From IMG/VR virus record IMGVR_UViG_3300031133_000403: a stretch of 59,226 nt of DNA. One strand, written 5' to 3'. This document shows, piece after piece, positions 8,017 to 16,070 of this stretch. Numbering within the stretch: the stretch's first letter is position 1; every line of letters starts with the position of its first letter. A program made the position numbers and the translations under genes. Origin of the DNA: an uncultured virus (IMG/VR IMGVR_UViG_3300031133_000403) (lineage: Duplodnaviria; Heunggongvirae; Uroviricota; Caudoviricetes). The notes beneath the pieces were generated by a model. The model worked only from the letters and a program-made list of their open reading frames with translations, was not told where the DNA came from and searched no databases.

Positions 8017-10557
8017 TCAGAGCGCGGGTTCCTGCAGCCCGCCGTGCCTGGTCTCGATGAAGTCCTCGTGTTCCGACATCCTGGCCACGTCGCGGGTCGA
8101 TTGCGTGCCGAGCAGGGCCCGCAGGCGGTCGGCCAGCGTGTCCGCCGTGCGTCGCATGCTGGTCTCCAGATCCGCGACGTGCGCATGCGTCGCCCGACGC
8201 CTGGCCGCGACGTACTCGTCCAGGAAGGTGGGTGCGTGACGCGTCACGATGGTCTCCACCTCGTCCGCGATGTCGCCGTCGACGGCGGCGGCGTCGACGG
8301 CGATCTCCGCGGCCAGTTCGAGACTGGCCAGCGATGCCACCGTCTCCGTCGTGCTGCTCACCCTTGCCGCATGCACGGCCTTGTCGAACTGCGTTGTTGA
8401 GATTCGCGGACGCGTGAACGCCGGGATCGCGGGGGAGCCACCGCCAGTCGCGTAAGGTCCGCCGATCGCGGGACGGTCGCCTGTATCGTCATCCTCCATC
8501 CGGCGGATGACCCGGTCGAGCACGCCGAGCCATATCGCCAGGAGACCCGACGTCAGCAAAAGCCACCAGGCCAGGGAGATGAGCGGTGGTTGATCCGAAA
8601 CCCAGACCCGCTCCGTCGCTACCGGCGCGGGTCTGGGGATGGTCTGCACTTGTACCGGCATTGGCGTCAGGACCTGCTCGGGTGGTGCCTGCGTCTGCAG
8701 CACGGACGCTCCGCGCTCCCTCACCATGTCGATGAACTCGGTGCGTTGCGCATTGGTCTGCGATCCCGCCAGGGCCACCATGGCGTCGGCGTTCCAATCG
8801 GGTCTTGCAGGGATCGTGCCGGTGAGAGCGAGACCGAAACCCGCGACTGCGGCCGCGAACGCCGTGTCGCCCTGCGGCGCCGAGGCGGTCGTCAGCTGGC
8901 CGACGGGCACGACGGTCTGGAGCAGACGCGACGTCGTGCCGTCGGGCTCCTTGTAGCGCAGCTTCACCGAGAGCGCCTCGTCTCCGGCGGAGGTGGCCGA
9001 AGGCATCGCCTGGCCGCCCGAGGTTTCGCTGCGCACGCGGTTCGCGGCGTATCGGCGCTTCGACGCCACGTCGACGACGCCCAGGCCGGGCGTCGGGAAG
9101 ACCTCGTAGATCGCGGTGACCTGGTGTCCGGAGCCGATCTCGCCGGCGTCCACCTCGTCGTCGTCGAACGAGCGCTCGGCGAGGCGCCTGTTCTGGTAGC
9201 CGACCAGTCTGTACGACGAGACGGCGGCCGGATTGAACTCGACCTGCGCCTTCACGTCCTTGGCGATCATGTGGATGCTCGACTCGAGTTCGTCGCGCAG
9301 GACCTTGCGCGCCTCGAGGTCGTCGTCGAGGAACGCCGCGCTGCCGTTGCCCGCGTCCGCCAGGGTCTCCATCAGGTTGTCGTTGAAGCGGCCGCCGACT
9401 CCGAGCGTCGTCAGGGTTACGCCGTCGTCGCGCTCCTTCTCGATGTAGGCCTTCAGCGATGCCGTGTCGCTCATGCCGACGTTGAAGTCGCCGTCGCTGG
9501 CGATCATGACGCGATTGATGCCGCCGGGCATGCGCGCGCTCCGGGCCTGGGCGTACGCCAGACGAAGCCCCTCGCCACCAGCCGTGCCTCCACCCGTCGA
9601 AAGCGACTGCAGCGCGGCTTTGATCCGGCCGCGGTTGGACGTCGATGCGAGGTGCACGGCGGCGCCGTCGGCGTACGTGACGATCGACACGCGGTCGCGC
9701 GGTCCGAGATGATCGACCATGTCCGAGAACGAGCGCTTCACGAGTTCGATGCGGTCGTCTCCCGCCATCGATCCGGACACGTCGACGAGCAGCACGATGT
9801 TGGCGGGCGGCCTGGCCCCCTTGGGAACGACGCGCCCGTTGAGCGCGACGCGCATCAGCAGCGACGAGCTGTTCCAGGGCGTCGTGGTCACGTCCGTCGT
9901 CACCGAGAACGGCGCGCCCACCGCGGGTGCCGCCGGAAGCGAATAGCGGAAGTAGTTGACCATCTCCTCCACGCGCACGGCGTCTGGCTGCGGCCTACCC
10001 CCTTCCAGGATGGTCTTGCGCAGATTGGAGTAGGACGACGTGTCGACGTCCGCGGCGAAGGTTGAAACGGGTTGCGACGCCACCTGGACGACGCCCGCCG
10101 AGCTCTCCGCGATGTTGGGCTGATCCTGCACCGTCGAGGGCGCAGGCGGCATCGCCATTGGTGGCGCGACGGCCTGCTGCATCGGAGCCGTCGGGGCGGA
10201 CGGTGCCGGCAGGGGTTGCATCGGCGGCTCGACGTCCATCGTTGTCGTATAGTCCGTGAGCGCATCCGCCGGCGCTTGCCCCGGATATCCTCCGCCGTCC
10301 GTTGCCGTCGCCTTTTGTTCGTAATGGCCCTTCATCCCAAACACGTTCGACAGCACACCGCTGGAGCGTCCAGTCTGCGTGGTGAGGGTTGACGTGACGG
10401 TAGTCCACGCTGCGTCCCCGTTCTGCTCATAGTGCTTCCCTGGAACGAGGGCCGGCGCCAACGCGCCGCCGATGATCAGCGCGCCCGCCGAGGCGGTCCC
10501 GACGATCGTCCACTTGACGCGTTTGCGCATCACCCGAATATCGTGCATGTCGTCCAT
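8017..10557 (-). CDS. YfbK-like von Willebrand factor A protein with N-terminal TM, second TM and C-terminal helical domain
   Basis: STFAADVDTSSY and VRVEEMVNYF (vWF_A N-terminal domain), MIDAS DVSGSM, ASDGDFNVG, AKDVKAQVEFNP...YRLVGY.NR...DAGEIGSGHQVTAIYE (YfbK C-terminal/DUF3520-like). Confidence 0.9.
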   Translation of the reverse strand: MDDMHDIRVMRKRVKWTIVGTASAGALIIGGALAPALVPGKHYEQNGDAAWTTVTSTLTTQTGRSSGVLSNVFGMKGHYEQKATATDGGGYPGQAPADALTDYTTTMDVEPPMQPLPAPSAPTAPMQQAVAPPMAMPPAPSTVQDQPNIAESSAGVVQVASQPVSTFAADVDTSSYSNLRKTILEGGRPQPDAVRVEEMVNYFRYSLPAAPAVGAPFSVTTDVTTTPWNSSSLLMRVALNGRVVPKGARPPANIVLLVDVSGSMAGDDRIELVKRSFSDMVDHLGPRDRVSIVTYADGAAVHLASTSNRGRIKAALQSLSTGGGTAGGEGLRLAYAQARSARMPGGINRVMIASDGDFNVGMSDTASLKAYIEKERDDGVTLTTLGVGGRFNDNLMETLADAGNGSAAFLDDDLEARKVLRDELESSIHMIAKDVKAQVEFNPAAVSSYRLVGYQNRRLAERSFDDDEVDAGEIGSGHQVTAIYEVFPTPGLGVVDVASKRRYAANRVRSETSGGQAMPSATSAGDEALSVKLRYKEPDGTTSRLLQTVVPVGQLTTASAPQGDTAFAAAVAGFGLALTGTIPARPDWNADAMVALAGSQTNAQRTEFIDMVRERGASVLQTQAPPEQVLTPMPVQVQTIPRPAPVATERVWVSDQPPLISLAWWLLLTSGLLAIWLGVLDRVIRRMEDDDTGDRPAIGGPYATGGGSPAIPAFTRPRISTTQFDKAVHAARVSSTTETVASLASLELAAEIAVDAAAVDGDIADEVETIVTRHAPTFLDEYVAARRRATHAHVADLETSMRRTADTLADRLRALLGTQSTRDVARMSEHEDFIETRHGGLQEPAL

Positions 10558-10668
10558 CTGGCCGGTCTCCCTGTTGTCGTGCGGCAGGGTGTGCCATTTA
10601 CAGGATGACCGTCAAGCCGGGATCTTCCTCCGGTCTCCATTCGCGATGCCGATCCCCGCAGGAACGTG

Positions 10669-10694
10669 AAAAAGGGGTGGGCCTCCGCCCACCC
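10669..10694 (-). terminator. Intrinsic terminator
   Basis: Minus strand GGGTGGGC-GGAG-GCCCACCC-C-TTTTT directly at the TAG of the upstream gene. Confidence 0.85.
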
Positions 10695-11941
10695 TATCCG
10701 TTTTCCCCGAGCACCTTGTCCAGCACCTCCGACAGATCTCCCGTCGGGCGCGTCATGATCTGGATGGTCACACCGAAACGCCGCAGCTCCCATCCCGCCA
10801 TGCCGTGATCGCCGAGATCTACGGTGCCGTCGCGCTCCAGCACGAGAAGCACGGCGAGCAGCGTCGTCGGCGTCATCGCCTCCAGCAGCGGCCTGGCGTC
10901 CTCGTCGAACTGCGCGAGGCGTTTCTCGTCGACGACGCACCTCCGCAGATGCGCTGCCACCGTGACGGGGTCGTCGATGGCGTCCCGCGGCAGCGCCAAG
11001 GGCTCCTGCTTCGCGAATGCGCGTATCACGGCGTTCGGCCCGTCCTGCTTGGCGGTGCGGATGGTCAGTCCCTCGAGCCATGGGATGTCGACGATCTCGC
11101 GCACGTCCCGTCCGCGCAGCGCTGCCATGACCGTGTCCGGGAGGATTGTGTCGAGCGTGATCGTGATGCCGATCTCGTCGTCGACGATGCGGTGTCCGCC
11201 CTCCATTCTGATGTCGGTGAGAGCGGCGTTGGTGTTCGCCCCGGATTTCAGCGACATCTGGAGGATGCCGGCCGGCACCGTGAACATCTCCGGAGTGATG
11301 CTGAGCGTCTGCTTGCGCGTCTCGTCGTTGCGGACCAGCATGCGGTGCGCCCACCGCGAGGTGTGCTCCACGCCGAGCCTCGTCATGCCCGCCAGCAACG
11401 AATTGACGTGAGGCCAGCAGGTCACCGCCTCCGCTTCGCCCGGCTTCACCGGAGGACAGTTGCGCTGGAAGTACCTGAACACCGGCTTCAGCGCGTCCTC
11501 CAGCACCCGTTCCGATTCCACGCGGCGCTTGACTCTGGTGACGGTGCCGTTGCGCATCGTGGTCGCGTACGCGTTCACCTTCATGCCCGCATATTCGATC
11601 TCGAGGTCGATGTCGTCCGGCAGTCCGAGGTGCTCCTGGACCCACGCCTTGATGTCGAAGTCGTTGAAGCCGTACTGGTAGTAGGCCACCGGACTGTCCG
11701 GAAACGCCGCCGCCTCGTCGAACGGGCGAAAGCCGATCGCGCATGCCAGTGAATGGATTGAATCCTGCCTCTGCAGCCAGTTCGAGATCATCCGGTCGCC
11801 CGGCTCGTGTCCCTTGGCGAACAGCACCCGCAGAGGCCCCTTGCGGCCCCTCGTGTCCGCCGTCATCCGGTAGTCCTTCATGCCGGGCAGGTCGAGGTCG
11901 ATCCATCCGAGCCCCATGTGCTCGCCTCGCGCGATGATCAT
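10694..11941 (-). CDS. Expanded paralogue family member 5, with C-terminal extension
   Basis: LPDTVMAALRGRDVREIVDIPWLEGLTI. Confidence 0.8.
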   Translation of the reverse strand: MIIARGEHMGLGWIDLDLPGMKDYRMTADTRGRKGPLRVLFAKGHEPGDRMISNWLQRQDSIHSLACAIGFRPFDEAAAFPDSPVAYYQYGFNDFDIKAWVQEHLGLPDDIDLEIEYAGMKVNAYATTMRNGTVTRVKRRVESERVLEDALKPVFRYFQRNCPPVKPGEAEAVTCWPHVNSLLAGMTRLGVEHTSRWAHRMLVRNDETRKQTLSITPEMFTVPAGILQMSLKSGANTNAALTDIRMEGGHRIVDDEIGITITLDTILPDTVMAALRGRDVREIVDIPWLEGLTIRTAKQDGPNAVIRAFAKQEPLALPRDAIDDPVTVAAHLRRCVVDEKRLAQFDEDARPLLEAMTPTTLLAVLLVLERDGTVDLGDHGMAGWELRRFGVTIQIMTRPTGDLSEVLDKVLGENG

Positions 11942-11951
11942 GCTGGTCTCC

Positions 11952-12752
11952 TCAGGCGTCCGGATGCGGTTTGAAGGGCACGCTGCGCCAGCGTCGGTCC
12001 ACGCCCTTGGGTGGTCTTCTCACGAAGTCCTGGATGTCCTCCAGGACGAGCGTCGTGTAGGTGTCGCCGTGTATCGCCTCCTCTATGCGAAGCGGCCCCG
12101 CCCTTCTCACGGCGGGATGATCGAGGACGTCTCGCAACTGCCTGCCTGCCATCGTTGTGACCACCGTGGCCGGCAGGACGTCGTCCAGTATCACGGCGGG
12201 CCTGCCGTGCCCTATTATCTCCATGCCCTCGACGATCAGCGCGGCGGGATCGATGCGGCCGTCCTCGACGACGATCGCACCCAGGGTGATCCTCGCCTCT
12301 TCGCACATGTAGCGCAGCACGACGCCGCCCAGTCTCTCCCATCCGTCGCTCAGAAGCAGCGGATCGATGTCCTTCTCGCGCAGAACCGCCATTACCAGGC
12401 GGTGCATCGTGTATGACCATCTCGGTGGTTCCGTCTGGTCGAAGTCCTGCTGCTCGATTGCGCGGTTTCGCAGCGACCGTCGTGCGCATCTATGCACTTC
12501 GCGGTCCAGCGTCTCCAGACCGGTCGTGTCGATGGGAGCGTCGGGATCCTCCGTGGTCTGTAGATGGACCATCTCGCGGGTTTCTCCGGAAGTCGTCCTT
12601 CGCACCCGCACGACGGCTATGCTGCCGTCCTCAGCGACGTGGGCCGACAGTTCGCGTTCGCAGTCGACGGCACCAAGAGCGGTGACGCCATCCCTCATCC
12701 TCGCGCGTACATGTGCCAGCGCTAGGTCGGCGATCGTCCGGTCGTCCGACAT
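11952..12752 (-). CDS. Expanded paralogue family member 6
   Basis: LPATVVTTMAGRQLRDVLDHP; PPRWSYTMHRL resembles APLWSYNMHPL in 42343..43245. Confidence 0.8.
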   Translation of the reverse strand: MSDDRTIADLALAHVRARMRDGVTALGAVDCERELSAHVAEDGSIAVVRVRRTTSGETREMVHLQTTEDPDAPIDTTGLETLDREVHRCARRSLRNRAIEQQDFDQTEPPRWSYTMHRLVMAVLREKDIDPLLLSDGWERLGGVVLRYMCEEARITLGAIVVEDGRIDPAALIVEGMEIIGHGRPAVILDDVLPATVVTTMAGRQLRDVLDHPAVRRAGPLRIEEAIHGDTYTTLVLEDIQDFVRRPPKGVDRRWRSVPFKPHPDA

Positions 12753-12768
12753 GGGCGTGCTCCTGTGG

Positions 12769-13224
12769 TTACGATTTCAGCAAGGCCGGGATGACGCCGT
12801 TCCTGATGCTGTCGGCGATGAGGACGTCGGGCGCGCGCATGTCGATCCAGCGCATCTCGTCGATCTCCGCCTGCGCTTGCGGATTGCCGTGGATCTGTCC
12901 GTGATACGCCCGCACCATGACGGTGCTTCCCGCGATGTCCGCGGCCGGTGCGCCGAACGTCCCGATGTAGGCGGGAGCGCCGTGTATGTTCACGTCCAGC
13001 TCCTCCATCAGTTCGCGCGCCAGGCACGACAGGTCGCTCTCGTCGCCTTCGGGCTTGCCGCCCGGCAGGATGAACGTCCGACCGCCGCGCTTCCGCACCA
13101 CCAGCAGGCGATCCTCGTCGTCCAGGACGATCAGCCCGATCTTCAATATGGTTTCCACTTGTCGTTCTCCGAACCCGTTCGAGTGCCTGGGCGCGAATCC
13201 GGTTTCGTCCTCCATCTTCGCCAT
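12769..13224 (-). CDS. NUDIX hydrolase
   Basis: Nudix box LPGGKPEGDESDLSCLARELMEEL. Confidence 0.9.
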   Translation of the reverse strand: MAKMEDETGFAPRHSNGFGERQVETILKIGLIVLDDEDRLLVVRKRGGRTFILPGGKPEGDESDLSCLARELMEELDVNIHGAPAYIGTFGAPAADIAGSTVMVRAYHGQIHGNPQAQAEIDEMRWIDMRAPDVLIADSIRNGVIPALLKS

Positions 13225-13240
13225 GCCCTGCCGATCCTTC

Positions 13241-13789
13241 TCAGAACAGGATGTAGGGCATGCTGCCTTCTATGTCGCGGACATGCTCCTCGTCCATTTC
13301 GTTGTCGGTCATGTCGATCGGCCAGATGACGCCGCCGCGCGCTTCGAGCACCATGCGGTGCGTCGAGTATCCGCGCATCGCCTGGAGGTCGTCGAGGCCG
13401 TCGATCGTCTCCATGCCGTGCTCCAGCACCTCCATGTCGGTCGCCGACAGTTCCCGCGGATCCGCCTTCCGCAGTTCGATCGGCCGGGTGTGTGCAGCGA
13501 GCATCTCCGCGTCCTGCGGTGAGAGCATGCCCAGCATGAAGGGGTCGCCTGCGAGCAGGCCGGTCATGACCTCCGGGCACGGGCCCATCCAGCCTGAGCG
13601 CCAATGCTCGCCGTAGACGGGACGTCTGTAGAGGCGGATGCCGCGGAGATCAGCTTCGAACAGCGCGTACGCCAGCCGTATCGGCGTAGCGCCTGTCTCG
13701 CGTCGGCGCCCGATCTCGCTCAGGTGGCACAGCGTCTCGAACCCCTTCTTGACGCTCGGGACCCAGTTGCAGCGTAGCTGATCGGTCAA
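13241..13789 (-). CDS. Divergent Panacea (DUF4065/SocA-like) domain protein
   Basis: RLAYALFEAD...LYRRPVYGEHWRSGWMGPCP resembles KLLYFAD...YGRPI.G..Y.A..YGPVP; TTG start after AAGGAG overlaps the upstream stop. Confidence 0.55.
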   Translation of the reverse strand: MTDQLRCNWVPSVKKGFETLCHLSEIGRRRETGATPIRLAYALFEADLRGIRLYRRPVYGEHWRSGWMGPCPEVMTGLLAGDPFMLGMLSPQDAEMLAAHTRPIELRKADPRELSATDMEVLEHGMETIDGLDDLQAMRGYSTHRMVLEARGGVIWPIDMTDNEMDEEHVRDIEGSMPYILF

Positions 13790-14169
13790 TTCGCGGTCTC
13801 CTTGAGCTCGTCCATCTCGCGCAACGCCCTCTCGGTGCGTTGCGCGTAGTACTCCGCCTTGGCGCTCGACAGGTCGCCTCTGCGCAACCAGAACAGCATG
13901 TCGCGCAGCAGCACCTCGGTGTTCTGCGTCACGGTGGTCCGGGCTTCTACGGATTTGGCCGCGAGATGCGCAGCCAGCTGGATGTTGTCGGCTGCGCAGA
14001 GCGTCGAACCGGCCATCGGCTCGTTCCAGTCCTCGGTCGCGTGATGCGACTTGCCCGCCTGCGCGACCGCGCCCAGGATCAGGTCCACGGGTGCGCAGCC
14101 GGTCGCCTCGAATCCGTAGTAGTATGCATCCAGATCCTTGCGCACCAGCGGCGTTTGTCCGTCCGACAT
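13786..14169 (-). CDS. Hypothetical protein
   Basis: 127-aa ORF after GGGGAG RBS. Confidence 0.65.
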   Translation of the reverse strand: MSDGQTPLVRKDLDAYYYGFEATGCAPVDLILGAVAQAGKSHHATEDWNEPMAGSTLCAADNIQLAAHLAAKSVEARTTVTQNTEVLLRDMLFWLRRGDLSSAKAEYYAQRTERALREMDELKETAN

Positions 14170-14215
14170 GGCCCGTCTCCCTTTGCGGGGGCGGCACGCG
14201 CCGCCCCCCGTCGTC

Positions 14216-15574
14216 TCACACCAGAGTCGCTCGAGCTTCGCCGATGCCGGCGACGCCGAACACCCGCTTGTAGCGGTCGATCTCGGCGGCGCTCGGCGAG
14301 CTCGCCTTCGATGGATTGTCCGACAGCTTGACCGCGGGGTGGCCGTTGACCGAGTGCACCTTGCATACCAGGCTCAGCGGCTTCAGCAGGTCGCCGTTGC
14401 CCATCGTGCACCCACGGAAGTCGTTGGTCAGGCTCGTGCCCCAGCCGTAGGTGTCGATCGTGCGGCCCTTGAAGTGCTCGTGCACCTCGATGATGTCGGT
14501 GCCGTTGGGCTCGTAGCCGGGAATGCGCACGTCCATGCCGTCCGAGAAGATCGTCAGTTTCTTCGCCGGATCCTGACCCACCTTCTTCCAGAACGCGATC
14601 AGCTCCTCGCCTGCCTCGACGGGCTCCTTGGAGTCGGGGCGAGCACCCGTCCACCACTGCACCCAGTTCGGCGCGTTCTCGAGGAACTGGCTCGTGCCGT
14701 AGGCGTCCGGAAGCATCACCCGCAGGCGGTCGTGATACTCGTTCTGCCAGTCCTTCAGCACGACGTACTGGCTGTCGCGGATCGCCTGGTCGGCCTTCTC
14801 GTCGTCGCCGGTCGCGGCCGCCAGCGCTGCGTAGACCATGGCCAGTTCGTGCGCGTTGGTGCCCTTGGCGTCGCAGCCCGTCTCCATCGCCATGTAGGCG
14901 TTCGACGTGCCGACGTACTGCTTGCCCAGCATGTCCGCGACCAGGTCGATGCACCAGCGCTGCCACAGGAAGCCGTGACGGCGGCGCGTGCCGAAGTCCG
15001 AGATCGTGATCTCGGGATGCTCCTTGAGCCGTTCGAGCTTGGCGGCGAGCTTCGCCTTGGCGCGCGCGTACATGATGTCGAGCTCGTACGGAGCCATGGC
15101 CGCCATGACGGCGCGGTTGCGCATCTCGTTGACGATCGACAGGGCGTGGATCTCCCAGTCCGACACGTCGCCCCAGTTCCCTTCCGTCTCGAAGACGAAC
15201 TGTCCGCTCTCCTTGTCGATGGTCAACTCGTAGTCGGGCAGCTGCGACCGCCTGAGCGTGTCGATGAAGCCCGGCTTGAAGATGTCGTCCTCGCCGTAGA
15301 ACGAGTTGCCCTTCAGCCAGATCAGCTCGTTGGGCTTGTAGCGCAGCTTCTGCGCGTGATCCAACTGGGCGCGCATCGCCTCGATGGGCACGAAGTCGGC
15401 AAGCCGGACGTCGCTGGTGCGGTTCTTGAGCGCGATGCGGACCTGCGCCAGCGGGTGCCTGCTCGCGATCACCTGGCGCATCAGAATCTTGTAGAAGTCG
15501 GTGTCCATTCGGCTGCGCACGATGGGATCGATGTCGTAGTGCAGGTGGTCGGATGCTCGCTTGGCGAAGTCCAT
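14216..15574 (-). CDS. pncB: Nicotinate phosphoribosyltransferase
   Basis: MDTDFYKILM, SDFGTRRRH, GTSN, GTNAHE, RPDS, IFSDG, GWGTSLTND, AVKLSDNPSKA; alphaproteobacterial type. Confidence 0.95.
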   Translation of the reverse strand: MDFAKRASDHLHYDIDPIVRSRMDTDFYKILMRQVIASRHPLAQVRIALKNRTSDVRLADFVPIEAMRAQLDHAQKLRYKPNELIWLKGNSFYGEDDIFKPGFIDTLRRSQLPDYELTIDKESGQFVFETEGNWGDVSDWEIHALSIVNEMRNRAVMAAMAPYELDIMYARAKAKLAAKLERLKEHPEITISDFGTRRRHGFLWQRWCIDLVADMLGKQYVGTSNAYMAMETGCDAKGTNAHELAMVYAALAAATGDDEKADQAIRDSQYVVLKDWQNEYHDRLRVMLPDAYGTSQFLENAPNWVQWWTGARPDSKEPVEAGEELIAFWKKVGQDPAKKLTIFSDGMDVRIPGYEPNGTDIIEVHEHFKGRTIDTYGWGTSLTNDFRGCTMGNGDLLKPLSLVCKVHSVNGHPAVKLSDNPSKASSPSAAEIDRYKRVFGVAGIGEARATLV

Positions 15575-15633
15575 GTCGGTTTTCCTCTTCATCGTTTCGT
15601 CTGGATCGGTCACCCCCTTCGGGGTCTATCTCG

Positions 15634-15951
15634 TCACGCCAGTTCGGCGGATGCGCGCATCTCGCACCAGAACGCGTAGCCCTCCACGCCGTCGTCGCGC
15701 TTCACCTTGATCGCGTTCCCGCATTCGCGTCTGACGCGTGGCGGCTCCACCACCTCGCAGAAGTCGCCCGGATGCAGAGCGGCATGGCCGTCGAGATACG
15801 ATCCGGGTTCCTTCGTGATCGTCACGTAGGAGATCGTCCGGTTCATGATGTTCGTGTCGCCGAACATGGCCTTGGGCAGACCGGTCGAGGGCTTGTCGTG
15901 GATGCGCAGGCGCAGACCCGGAACCATGTCCCGCTTCTTCAGCAATGCCAT
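15634..15951 (-). CDS. Hypothetical small beta-rich protein
   Basis: Start MALLKKRD after GGAG; C-terminal end of the 790-aa shadow ORF. Confidence 0.55.
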   Translation of the reverse strand: MALLKKRDMVPGLRLRIHDKPSTGLPKAMFGDTNIMNRTISYVTITKEPGSYLDGHAALHPGDFCEVVEPPRVRRECGNAIKVKRDDGVEGYAFWCEMRASAELA

Positions 15952-16014
15952 TTTCAATCTCCATCCGCATCTCGGGAACGACTGTGTCCCGCCGTATTCG
16001 CTTGGCGCAACGCG

Positions 16015-16050
16015 AAAGGGCCTCCGCATCGCATGCGGAGGCCCTTTCTT
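16015..16050. terminator. Intrinsic terminator, probably bidirectional
   Basis: AAAGGGCCTCCGCAT-CGC-ATGCGGAGGCCCTTT, a 15-bp perfect stem just downstream of TSP1-like gene A. Confidence 0.85.
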
Positions 16051-16070
16051 CGTGTCGCGGCGTCGAACGG

